Source: an uncultured bacterium
GTDB taxonomy: Bacteria; Margulisbacteria; WOR-1; CAVSGV01
Length of the DNA: 32,000 bases
Assembly: GCA_963699255.1 (NCBI GenBank)
Contig: OY969425.1
Coordinates: 1,140,001 to 1,172,000, forward strand
Direction: 5' to 3'
The notes under the pieces were generated by a model. It ran no database searches, had not been told where the DNA came from, and worked only from the letters and a program-made list of their open reading frames with translations. The position numbers and the translations under genes were made by a program. Of this stretch, positions 9,065 through 17,097 are shown piece after piece; position 1 is the stretch's first letter, and every line of letters begins with the position of its first letter.

Positions 9065-10507
9065 TTACTCTGTAATCCTCACGTTCGTCAGTTCAATATT
9101 TATGCTTCCTTGGCCGACCAGCATAATATTTATCTTATCCGTGCCTTGCGGTATTCCAATGGAAGCTTCCTTTGCAGCGCTGGAAGGAATTATTGATTTC
9201 TGTCCAAGCTGTACATCCTTTGTCCAGTCCGGCCCTTTCTTAATAAATATTACCGTGAAAGCTCTTCCATCTGAAACGGTCCCTTTATAATTGAACACTA
9301 AATGGCCTTTTACTGACGATTTAAGCTCAGCGGACAATCCCGGATCTGATGTGTTAATTGATTTTAAAGTTATGTTGCCGCCTGAAATGTTACCAACAGC
9401 GCCATTGAAGCCGCCCTGGTTGCTCACAACTTCATTGAACGGTTTTCCACCTGTTGTGTCATTAACGGATATATTTCTTGGAGTGATTTGAATGTTTTGT
9501 GCGGACAAGGAGTCCTTTGATGTTTTTACACCTATTGTGCCATTAACGGATAAGTTATTCGAAACCGGAGGGATTTCGTTCTCGACATCTGCGTTTGCAG
9601 TTTGAATGTCCTCCACGAACAACGCCTTATACTTTCCGATCGCTTCAGCATAGGCTTTTCGGGATTCGGGGCTTTCGATCGCCCAATCTTTTGGCGCCCC
9701 GCCTTCGAACTTATTGATATCAAAATAAATATAAGCCTTTACCCTTTTTTCCGCCGCTATTGCTTCCAATGAACCGGACAGAAACTGGGGTTTTCTCACT
9801 GTCTTATCAGTATTATTATTTTCATCACAGCCGAATTCACCGACCATTATAGGCTTGTTGAACTGTTGAAGCTCATCCAGGCTGGAGTCGAAAAGTTCTT
9901 TAAACGACCTCCACTGGCTGCCCCAATCTTCCGTGTTGTATCCGTCGGCCGCAACCCAATCCACATATTTATCTCCGGGATAATAATCATTGAACATACC
10001 CATATCAATATTCGGGTTCCATACCCACGTGATGTTGTCCGCCCCGTATGATTCTATCTTGTCGTGAACATACCTGTATGCCTGCTTATAATCCTCCGGA
10101 CTGCCAGCCCAAGGATACCAGCTGCCGTTCATTTCGTGGCCGAATGAAACAAATACCGGCTTCCCGAACTTCGCCACGCCATCCGCGAACCTTTTTAAAA
10201 GTAGGTCGTATTTGCCGCTAACAATATCTTTCAGCGAATATGATTGATCATCCTTGCCATTATAGCTCCAGGGCTCCAATTTAATGAAAATAGCGCCACC
10301 CCGGCTGGCCATAACGTTCGCTTCCTCTGTCGGAAAGTTCAATCCTGTGGAAAAAGCCAGGAACTTCAGCCCTATATCAAGCTTTTCGCCTGACATGGTC
10401 TCGAATCCTTTCACTTCTTCTTCGGAAATATCGTCGGAAACAAAAGCCCCTTGATAAACACCATTCTTGTCCGGAATTATCTTTTTATGTACGCCATCAA
10501 CTACCAT
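9065..10507 (-). CDS. Glycoside hydrolase, GH26-like catalytic domain plus C-terminal beta-rich (carbohydrate-binding-like) domain, 480 aa
   Basis: ORF track. FGHEMNGSWYPWAG (acid/base Glu context) and PIMVGEFG (nucleophile context) resemble GH26/clan GH-A. AAAGGAG SD lies upstream. I see no recognisable signal peptide. Confidence 0.6.
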   Translation of the reverse strand: MVVDGVHKKIIPDKNGVYQGAFVSDDISEEEVKGFETMSGEKLDIGLKFLAFSTGLNFPTEEANVMASRGGAIFIKLEPWSYNGKDDQSYSLKDIVSGKYDLLLKRFADGVAKFGKPVFVSFGHEMNGSWYPWAGSPEDYKQAYRYVHDKIESYGADNITWVWNPNIDMGMFNDYYPGDKYVDWVAADGYNTEDWGSQWRSFKELFDSSLDELQQFNKPIMVGEFGCDENNNTDKTVRKPQFLSGSLEAIAAEKRVKAYIYFDINKFEGGAPKDWAIESPESRKAYAEAIGKYKALFVEDIQTANADVENEIPPVSNNLSVNGTIGVKTSKDSLSAQNIQITPRNISVNDTTGGKPFNEVVSNQGGFNGAVGNISGGNITLKSINTSDPGLSAELKSSVKGHLVFNYKGTVSDGRAFTVIFIKKGPDWTKDVQLGQKSIIPSSAAKEASIGIPQGTDKINIMLVGQGSINIELTNVRITE

Positions 10508-10618
10508 TTTTATTACTCCTTTAACCGTCGATCATATGGAATTCAGGCCAAATTTCCCCTCATATATATATCGCCAAATGTAACCAAAAATTCCACTTTA
10601 TATAAATAGTTTCCTTGC

Positions 10619-10624
10619 TATAAT
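10619..10624 (+). promoter_or_regulatory. Extended -10 (TGcTATAAT) 10 nt upstream of ATG 10635
   Basis: The sequence is TGCTATAAT-atcatccgtt-ATG, with no SD. Confidence 0.45.
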
Positions 10625-10634
10625 ATCATCCGTT

Positions 10635-10868
10635 ATGATCCTTTCATGTAACATATGCGAATATAAGATCGAGCTTTCCGATAAAGCCAAGCCCGGCGAG
10701 CGCATCACCTGCCCCAACTGCTTCGCCCAGCTTGGCCTTTACAAATACAAAGGGAAATTCGTTCTCGGCTGCGCTATCTGCAAGGATGCGGTCTTCGATC
10801 CCAACTCATGCGCCGTGTGCGAGCGCAACCGTGAAAGAAAAACGATCCTCGAAGAAGGAAAACTTTAA
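10635..10868 (+). CDS. Small double zinc-ribbon protein, 77 aa
   Basis: ORF track. Cys pairs: CNIC...CPNC, then CAIC...CAVC. The N-terminal half resembles LysW-type ribbons. Confidence 0.5.
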   Translation: MILSCNICEYKIELSDKAKPGERITCPNCFAQLGLYKYKGKFVLGCAICKDAVFDPNSCAVCERNRERKTILEEGKL

Positions 10869-10871
10869 ATT

Positions 10872-11384
10872 ATGGGAGATCTACAGGAAGCTCTGGAAAC
10901 AGCTCTCGAAATGGAAAAGAACGGCTACGATCTTTATATTAAAGCCGCGCGAAAGACATCTAACAAACTTGGAAAAACCACGCTGGAAGCTATCGCGGCC
11001 AAGGAGCTGGATCATATCAGGGCTATCGAGGAATTCGCGGAAAACAACTTCGGCAAGGCGATCGAAAGCGTGAACCCTAAAAGCAAGATCGATTATGTCC
11101 GCTCCGTAATGGAAAAGCTGGAAAGATCCCTGGATGAGAATATCACAAAGGATTCCGACCTCGAGAAGGCATATAAGGTCGCCCTGGAGCTTGAAAAACA
11201 TTCATACGATTTTTACAAAAATCTTAATAAAGGATCCAAGAATCCTCAGGCAAAGAAATTCTTTGAATTCCTCATGGGCGAGGAGAACACCCACTACGAG
11301 CTTCTATCCGAAACCCTGGAATACCTGAACAGCCCCAAAGACTGGTTCAGGGAACAGGAAAAATGGATCGTTGACGGCGGGTAG
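10872..11384 (+). CDS. Ferritin-like / rubrerythrin-family diiron domain protein, 170 aa
   Basis: ORF track. Two E...ExxH half-sites: EMEKNGYDLY...KELDH and ELEKHSYDFY...EENTH. The start lies 3 nt after the preceding stop. Confidence 0.7.
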   Translation: MGDLQEALETALEMEKNGYDLYIKAARKTSNKLGKTTLEAIAAKELDHIRAIEEFAENNFGKAIESVNPKSKIDYVRSVMEKLERSLDENITKDSDLEKAYKVALELEKHSYDFYKNLNKGSKNPQAKKFFEFLMGEENTHYELLSETLEYLNSPKDWFREQEKWIVDGG

Positions 11385-11580
11385 CGCTGTCTGATCCCGA
11401 ATTTTCAAAAACCAACAAAAGACCAAGGCCGTTCCTTTACTGTGCTGATTATTCATCAATACTTCGTGCAATCCTTAAACACAGCCATTAAAAAACTTCT
11501 GTTTTCAAACTTTTTATACAGCTTTCCAACTTTACACTTTATGGCGACATTGATTGTCATGATAAACAAAAGATTTATGG

Positions 11581-11586
11581 TATAAT
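11581..11586 (+). promoter_or_regulatory. Extended -10 (TGgTATAAT) 6 nt upstream of GTG 11593
   Basis: The sequence is TGGTATAAT-ccatat-GTG, with no SD. The ATG at 11591 is followed at once by TGA. Confidence 0.45.
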
Positions 11587-11592
11587 CCATAT

Positions 11593-12090
11593 GTGATAAA
11601 AAAGATAATAGAAAAGGTGCACAACTGGCAGACAAGGTTCAGCTTCGGTTCAACTTCCGCGGTAATAACCAATCTGGCGCTGATGGCCGGTTTGCATTCT
11701 CAGGCCAACGCGAAGATAAGCATAATAGGTGGAATAATGGTGATCGCGCTTGCCGATAACGTCTCCGATTCCTTTGGCATACACATATATCAGGAGTCCG
11801 AAAAAATCGAAACACTGGAGGTTTGGACATCCACCATTTTCAATTTCATTTCAAGGATCCTCGTTTCTCTGAGCTTTGTGGCTCTGATGTTGATGCTGCC
11901 GCTTAATGTCGCCATAATCTCTTCGATGATCTGGGGGCTTCTTCTTCTGGCCGTTGTAAGTTATATGATCGCAAAAAATGAATCGGTAAACCCGTACCTG
12001 TCCATACTGACGCATGTTCTGATAGCGGTCGCCGTGATATTTGTCAGCAATCTGGTAGGCGATCTCCTGATACATCGGTTTGGCAGATAA
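11593..12090 (+). CDS. VIT1/CCC1-like membrane protein (putative Fe/Mn transporter domain), 165 aa
   Basis: ORF track. FGSTSAVITNLALMAGL and IALADNVSDSFGIH followed by hydrophobic helices resemble the VIT family. The call is from memory only. Confidence 0.55.
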   Translation: MIKKIIEKVHNWQTRFSFGSTSAVITNLALMAGLHSQANAKISIIGGIMVIALADNVSDSFGIHIYQESEKIETLEVWTSTIFNFISRILVSLSFVALMLMLPLNVAIISSMIWGLLLLAVVSYMIAKNESVNPYLSILTHVLIAVAVIFVSNLVGDLLIHRFGR

Positions 12091-12110
12091 ACACCGGAAC
12101 TATATCCAAC

Positions 12111-12632
12111 ATGAGTAATATGGGAAATAATAAAACCTTCAAGAGCTTCCCTTTATGGGTGATAGCTATAGCTGATGCTGTGGCGTTCGGCATATACTTC
12201 ATTGGCGCTTATATCATGTTCAGGTTTAACGCGATCTGTGGATGGCTTTACCTGCTTTATTGCCTTATTGTTGAAGTCAGGATAATGAGGATCTCATGCA
12301 TCCACTGTTATTATTATGGCAAGCTGTGCGGCCTTGGTAGAGGGAAACTTGCATCTCTATTTTTTAGGAAAGGCGACCCCAAAAAGTTCCTGGAAAAGAA
12401 GGTCACATGGAAAGACCTTATCCCCGATTTATTGGTTTCACTGGTGCCATTTTTTCTTGGCATTTACATCTTATTCAATGATTTCAGCTGGTCAATGCTG
12501 ATCTTGATCTTAATACTGCTGTTCCTGACCACTCTTGGGAACGGATTTGTCAGAAGTAATTTTGCCTGCAAATACTGCAAACAGAGAGAGCTCGGCTGCC
12601 CTGCAGAAAAACTGTTTGCGAAAGCTAAGTAA
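12111..12632 (+). CDS. Cys-rich integral membrane protein, unknown function, 173 aa
   Basis: ORF track. About four TM segments. Cys clusters: [12 protein letters not shown] and [12 protein letters not shown]. Confidence 0.5.
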   Translation: MSNMGNNKTFKSFPLWVIAIADAVAFGIYFIGAYIMFRFNAICGWLYLLYCLIVEVRIMRISCIHCYYYGKLCGLGRGKLASLFFRKGDPKKFLEKKVTWKDLIPDLLVSLVPFFLGIYILFNDFSWSMLILILILLFLTTLGNGFVRSNFACKYCKQRELGCPAEKLFAKAK

Positions 12633-12646
12633 GGATCATTCTTATC

Positions 12647-13753
12647 ATGTTCATTCTCTCCATTGAAACATCCTGTGACGAAACCTCTGCTGCCGTCGTT
12701 GAGAACGGCCGCAGGGTGCTTTCGAGCGTCGTGGCTTCCCAGGTGGAGTTCCACAAGAAATACGGCGGAATAGTCCCGGAAGTCGCTTCAAGAATGCATA
12801 TCGAGGTCATTGCCGCTGTCGTCAAACAGGCGCTGGATGACGCGAAGATCCCCAATAAAAAGATCGATGCCGTTGCCGCGACCTATGGCCCCGGACTTGT
12901 TGGTTCATTGATAGTCGGTCTGAATTATGCCAAAGCTATTGCATACGCTTTACATAAACCATTTATTCCGGTTAACCATATAGAGGGGCATATATACGCT
13001 AATTTTATTGCAGAGACGCGAGATGCGAGACGCGAGATGCGAAAAAATAAATCACATCTCACATCTCACACATCACATCTCACTTTTCCCTTTGTCTGCC
13101 TTGTCGTATCCGGCGGGCACACGCAGTTGATACTGGTCAAAGATCACGGGAAATATGAAACCCTCGGAAGAACGCGCGATGATGCCGCAGGGGAAGCTTT
13201 TGACAAAGTTGCCAGATTCCTCGGGATCGGCTACCCGGGAGGCCCTATCATCGATAAAATGTCAAAAAAAGGCGATCCGGAAGCTGTAGATTTCCCGCGC
13301 GCGATGATCGATGATGGATACGATTTCAGCTTTAGCGGCCTTAAGACCGCTGTTGTAAACTACGTAAGGCGTAGTACGGAATCGAAAAGCGCAACGTGCA
13401 TCGATACACATGCATCGATACGCACTTCCAAACCGCTTGACGCCGCTCGAATCCCCGACTTAGTCGCTTCATTCCAGCAGGCGGTCGTGGACATCCTGGT
13501 CGAAAAAACTATCAGGGCGGCAAAAGACAAAAAGGTCAAGTGGATCGCTCTCGCCGGCGGAGTTTCCGCGAACTCAAGGCTTCGTGAAGACCTTAAAAGC
13601 AGGGCGAAAGAAGAAGGATTTGAAATATCCATACCGCCGCTCCAGCTATGCACCGATAACGCCGCGATGATCGGAAGCGCAGGTTATTACTTGATAAAAA
13701 AGGGCAAAAAGAGTAATCTGGATACAGAAGCGGTCTCGACCCTGAGGATCTAA
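12647..13753 (+). CDS. tsaD: tRNA N6-adenosine threonylcarbamoyltransferase TsaD (368 aa, with extra inserted segments)
   Basis: ORF track. Motifs: [85 protein letters not shown]. Confidence 0.93.
   Translation: MFILSIETSCDETSAAVVENGRRVLSSVVASQVEFHKKYGGIVPEVASRMHIEVIAAVVKQALDDAKIPNKKIDAVAATYGPGLVGSLIVGLNYAKAIAYALHKPFIPVNHIEGHIYANFIAETRDARREMRKNKSHLTSHTSHLTFPFVCLVVSGGHTQLILVKDHGKYETLGRTRDDAAGEAFDKVARFLGIGYPGGPIIDKMSKKGDPEAVDFPRAMIDDGYDFSFSGLKTAVVNYVRRSTESKSATCIDTHASIRTSKPLDAARIPDLVASFQQAVVDILVEKTIRAAKDKKVKWIALAGGVSANSRLREDLKSRAKEEGFEISIPPLQLCTDNAAMIGSAGYYLIKKGKKSNLDTEAVSTLRI
13013..13083. repeat. Heptad-repeat palindromic element inserted in-frame in tsaD
   Basis: (GAGACGC GAGATGC)x2 at 13013-13040. 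Spacer GAAAAAATAAAT at 13041-13052. CATCTCA CATCTCA CACATCA CATCTCA at 13055-82. The arms are complementary apart from C/A positions, which become G-U on the antisense strand. It is translated as [24 protein letters not shown]. Confidence 0.85.
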
Positions 13754-14514
13754 TGAAGAAGAAAATATATATACTCCTTATCGTCGTCTTTTGCATTTCA
13801 AGCTTTGCTTTTCTTTTCGGCTGCGGCAAATACGCGGCTCAATATTCCGCTCCTGTCATCCTTGAAAGATTTCCGGCAGAGGGGACCGGGGGCATAGGGA
13901 CAACGGAAACACTGTGGATCAAGTTCAGCAAATCAATGGATACGACCGGCCTCAATTCGATCAATGCTATCGCAACCAACATTAAATTCGCGACCGATAA
14001 TACGGCTATGGTGACATTCGAACCCGGCGTTACGCCCGAAGTCGTTTGGTCCGAAGACAACTCAAAGCTCACTCTTGTCAATTTATTCTTCACCGCGGAT
14101 TCCGGCAACAGGATACACATTCAATCATCCAGAGAAGCCTTCCAGGACGTGAACGGCCTTTATCTGACAGAGAACGCGGACCTTTGGAGCTTCACTGTTT
14201 CGGGACTGAACATAGTGAGCAGGTACCCCACGATAGATGCTACGATCTCGAACATTCCAACGACGGCCGTTGCAACATTCGATAACTCCGTAGTAACAGC
14301 CTCATTCTTGATAAGTACGGGAGAGGGACACACAGCTGGAATGCCGATCCCATCTCCGCCGTCCTTCACCTGGTCAAACTCGGATAAGACTTTGAGCATT
14401 GAAAATGTTTCCTGGGAAGCGGCTTCGGGAACGGTCAATATCACGTATGAAGCAATCGATATTTACGGGAATGTCGTGACGAACGGCCAGCTATTCAATT
14501 ATAATCTTCCATAG
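13753..14514 (+). CDS. Lipoprotein with Ig-like (SbsA-type) domains, 253 aa
   Basis: ORF track. Signal peptide plus lipobox LFGC. The pattern P-x-dG...I-x-I-x-FSKSMD occurs twice. The start overlaps the tsaD stop (TAATG). Confidence 0.6.
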   Translation: MKKKIYILLIVVFCISSFAFLFGCGKYAAQYSAPVILERFPAEGTGGIGTTETLWIKFSKSMDTTGLNSINAIATNIKFATDNTAMVTFEPGVTPEVVWSEDNSKLTLVNLFFTADSGNRIHIQSSREAFQDVNGLYLTENADLWSFTVSGLNIVSRYPTIDATISNIPTTAVATFDNSVVTASFLISTGEGHTAGMPIPSPPSFTWSNSDKTLSIENVSWEAASGTVNITYEAIDIYGNVVTNGQLFNYNLP

Positions 14515-14538
14515 CCTGTCCAGAACGGAGCCGAAGGA

Positions 14539-15522
14539 CTATTTCATATCATCAAGGAGACCGGCCATTGCAGCTATAACGTCCTTTGTTTCCGGTTTCA
14601 TGAATTCTTCGTAGGTGAATATTTTCCTGCCGCTGTTGAACGCGGAGATCACGGTCGCCGAGTAATACCTGTCCAGCGTGTTCTTTATCGTGGTCGCGAG
14701 CTGTTTCTTAACGATAGCTTTCACCGAATCCATCTTATAAGTGTTGAAACACAGCGCAAACGTGACGTACTCGCCTGAAGAAGTATCAAGCTTTGAAAGG
14801 TGATCCTCAGCGCGGCCTTCCATCGCGCCGCGGCTTCCCCCGATGTCGGCATAATTGATGTCAAAAGCCTTAAGAGCCATGCCCAGATCATCCATGCTCT
14901 TGTCGACCATGGATATGGTGTCCGCGGGAGTATAGATCACGTATCTTTTCCATTCGCTGCCGTTGAGAAGCGCATACGCCCAGCCCAGCCTGTTGTAAGC
15001 CTTTGCGTAATAAAGGGGATAATACTGCGCCGGGGATATGTTCATGCTTTTTTCCGTTGTAAGGTTGGATATCGATGTCAGGACCTCGTTTAGCCAGGAA
15101 TCCGCTTCCTCATACATTTCAAGCTGTTTATACAGCTTCACGACCGAACCCTCGATCGACCTGTGCGTCAGGATCCCCTTCCTGAAAGCGGAAGCGATGG
15201 CATAAGGCAGGACTTCAGCGGCGAGGTCCGGGGTTGTGTCTTTCGCATTAAGTATCTCGACCGCCTTGGCGTTAACAGCGGACAGCGTCGAAAGGGCGTT
15301 ATCATACGCGCCGAGCCTCTCCCTTACGAGCGCCCTCTTGTACAGGTCCGCAAGGGACTTTGTCGGCCTGCTTGCCGTGGAGGAGATCACGTAATCCGTG
15401 ACGTTCTCGCCGAGCGACTTAGAATCCGACTGCGGCATATCCTCGAACGTGGTCGCCATTTCCTGGCAGAAGCAAGCCGTGGACATGAGTAATAGCGATA
15501 TTATCAATAAAATTTTGAGCAT
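14539..15522 (-). CDS. Secreted hypothetical protein, ~327 aa
   Basis: I trimmed the ORF-track frame to MLKILLIISLLLMSTACFCQE (signal peptide). I recognise no family. Confidence 0.55.
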   Translation of the reverse strand: MLKILLIISLLLMSTACFCQEMATTFEDMPQSDSKSLGENVTDYVISSTASRPTKSLADLYKRALVRERLGAYDNALSTLSAVNAKAVEILNAKDTTPDLAAEVLPYAIASAFRKGILTHRSIEGSVVKLYKQLEMYEEADSWLNEVLTSISNLTTEKSMNISPAQYYPLYYAKAYNRLGWAYALLNGSEWKRYVIYTPADTISMVDKSMDDLGMALKAFDINYADIGGSRGAMEGRAEDHLSKLDTSSGEYVTFALCFNTYKMDSVKAIVKKQLATTIKNTLDRYYSATVISAFNSGRKIFTYEEFMKPETKDVIAAMAGLLDDMK

Positions 15523-15635
15523 AATAAACTTTGTAATGTTATCACATAAAGATGGTGAAGGCAATTAAGGCCGATTTAAAGTGCCTATATTAAGATGGGT
15601 ATTCGATCGTTGAACATAATAAGATTTTTCGGGGT

Positions 15636-16247
15636 CTAATTTTGTGAGTATGGGGGGATAAATTTTTCAAGGCGGCATTTTTCAGAATAGAGAATATTTG
15701 CAAAATTTTTCATGTTCCACCCCAGACCTGTCATGCCGCTTCGAGCATCGATCTTGTCCATCTCATTCTTGTCAAAAGTTAGAGCTTTTGACTCTCGATA
15801 AGTATCCAGGCTGGACTTTCCATCTTTGCCACAGGAATAAAAATTAGTGACCCAATGCGCATAAGCATCAATGAATTGCTCCACGATCCGATCCATTACC
15901 CCCACCAATTCCGGGCAAAGTTCTTTGAACATTATGAAGTCTCTTTGTTCATTTGTTTTTTTATTTGAGATGTCAGCCGCGCTCCCCATTAGATTATTCC
16001 AAAGATCGAGCGCTCGAGGTATTTTCCCTGTGGTCAATGATTTGAGACCGTCTGAGATTATTTTGTCGGCCGCGTTCAAGCGTCTTTTAGCATACTTGCC
16101 GATCAACAACGCTTGGTCGTCAAAATCAAGGTCAAGGAATCGCTCTCTGATACCGCGACGGACAGGTGAATTCGGTGAATGCTGCAGTATTGCGCGGCTT
16201 AGCCACCTATTCATTCTGGGATCCGGTTTATAATCGCCTATTCTCAT
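15636..16247 (-). CDS. Hypothetical protein, paralog A of a tandem pair (203 aa)
   Basis: ORF track. It shares HWVTNFYSCGKDGKSS...MDKID...G with its neighbour. GGAG SD upstream. No family recognised. Confidence 0.6.
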   Translation of the reverse strand: MRIGDYKPDPRMNRWLSRAILQHSPNSPVRRGIRERFLDLDFDDQALLIGKYAKRRLNAADKIISDGLKSLTTGKIPRALDLWNNLMGSAADISNKKTNEQRDFIMFKELCPELVGVMDRIVEQFIDAYAHWVTNFYSCGKDGKSSLDTYRESKALTFDKNEMDKIDARSGMTGLGWNMKNFANILYSEKCRLEKFIPPYSQN

Positions 16248-16289
16248 AAGATCTCCTTATTTTGACCGGCAGTCCTTATCTTGACCCGT

Positions 16290-16311
16290 ATTTATATCGT
16301 CATATTCTTTC
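16290..16311 (-). promoter_or_regulatory. Conserved 22-nt upstream motif, copy A (ATTTATATCGTCATATTCTTTC on the + strand)
   Basis: 21 of 22 positions match 16980-17001. It begins 42 nt upstream of start 16247. The minus strand reads GAAAGAATATGACGATATAAAT, which contains a -10-like TATAAA. Confidence 0.5.
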
Positions 16312-16344
16312 GGGAATTTCGCTTGACCGTGGAATATTTCAGGC

Positions 16345-16935
16345 TTAGATCTTATAACTTTCGGGGAAATTCTTTAAGAGGAGATCGTCCGCATATTTTT
16401 TTATGTGTTGTCCCAGAAGATTCATGTCGCTTTTGTCATTGATCATTTGCATATCATCACTGCTTAAATCGCGAGCTGCTGAATTTTTACAGGCCGAAAA
16501 ACTGCGCTCTCCATCTCCGCCACAGGAATAAAAATTGTCCACCCAATACTTGAATGATCCCGTGAAAAGCCTCGTGATCTCACTGGATACATCCGCCAAT
16601 TGCGGGTAAAGCTTGTTGATCGTTTTGATCATCAGGTAATCGCTCTTTTTATCTGTTTTAATATTTTCACCAGGCTTTTCATAAGAATTCGCAAGTACCC
16701 TGAACCAGAGATAAACTGCAGTTGGTTTTGTTTTTCCTGAAATATGCTGTGATATTAATTTATTGACTTGATTCAACTGCAATTTAGCAACCGTACCGAT
16801 CTCCTTCGCCTGTTCGGCGGGGGAAAGCCGCCGAAATTTCAATCTGTCAGCAGGGGTAATAGCTGATGGGTCAGACATGGCGCGACGTGCAAGAGTATGC
16901 GCGTAAGGCAGCTTGTTTCCAATTATTGTTGTCAT
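16345..16935 (-). CDS. Hypothetical protein, paralog B of a tandem pair (196 aa)
   Basis: ORF track. Motif YWVDNFYSCGGDGERS...MQMIN...G. GGGGGA SD upstream. Confidence 0.6.
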   Translation of the reverse strand: MTTIIGNKLPYAHTLARRAMSDPSAITPADRLKFRRLSPAEQAKEIGTVAKLQLNQVNKLISQHISGKTKPTAVYLWFRVLANSYEKPGENIKTDKKSDYLMIKTINKLYPQLADVSSEITRLFTGSFKYWVDNFYSCGGDGERSFSACKNSAARDLSSDDMQMINDKSDMNLLGQHIKKYADDLLLKNFPESYKI

Positions 16936-16979
16936 AAAATCCCCCTGTATATTTCTGGTAACCTTAATCCTTTTCCGGC

Positions 16980-17001
16980 ATTTATATCGTCATGTTCTTT
17001 C
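16980..17001 (-). promoter_or_regulatory. Conserved 22-nt upstream motif, copy B (ATTTATATCGTCATGTTCTTTC)
   Basis: It begins 44 nt upstream of start 16935 and differs at 1 position from copy A. Confidence 0.5.
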
Positions 17002-17029
17002 AAAAATTTCAATATATTTATATTTTTCT

Positions 17030-17057
17030 CATCTCACATCTCTCATCTCGCATCTCT
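17030..17057. repeat. Solo (CATCTCN)x4 heptad array; matches the pyrimidine arm of the tsaD element
   Basis: CATCTCA CATCTCT CATCTCG CATCTCT, preceded by an A/T-rich tract (17005-17029). No complementary GAGAYGC arm lies nearby. Confidence 0.7.
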
Positions 17058-17061
17058 ATCC

Positions 17062-17090
17062 TTCACTTGCCTTATTTATTATTGTATAAT
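17062..17090 (+). promoter_or_regulatory. gatCAB promoter: TTCACT-N17-TGTATAAT, 7 nt from the gatC ATG
   Basis: -35 TTCACT at 17062-67, a 17-nt spacer ending in TG, and -10 TATAAT at 17085-90. Then caaaaac-ATG (17098), with no SD. Confidence 0.5.
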
Positions 17091-17097
17091 CAAAAAC

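Noticed and set aside
11546-11567. Fur-box-like AT-rich sequence GACATTGATTGTCATGATAAAC upstream of the VIT1-like gene
   Set aside because: Only short GACA/TGTC arms are symmetric. The sequence fits neither the 19-bp Fur consensus nor the 7-1-7 form when compared by eye.
13013-17057. Whether the short tandem repeats could be a CRISPR array
   Set aside because: The units are 7 nt and contiguous, with no spacers. The arrays are 28 nt long, and no cas genes are present. They are not CRISPR.
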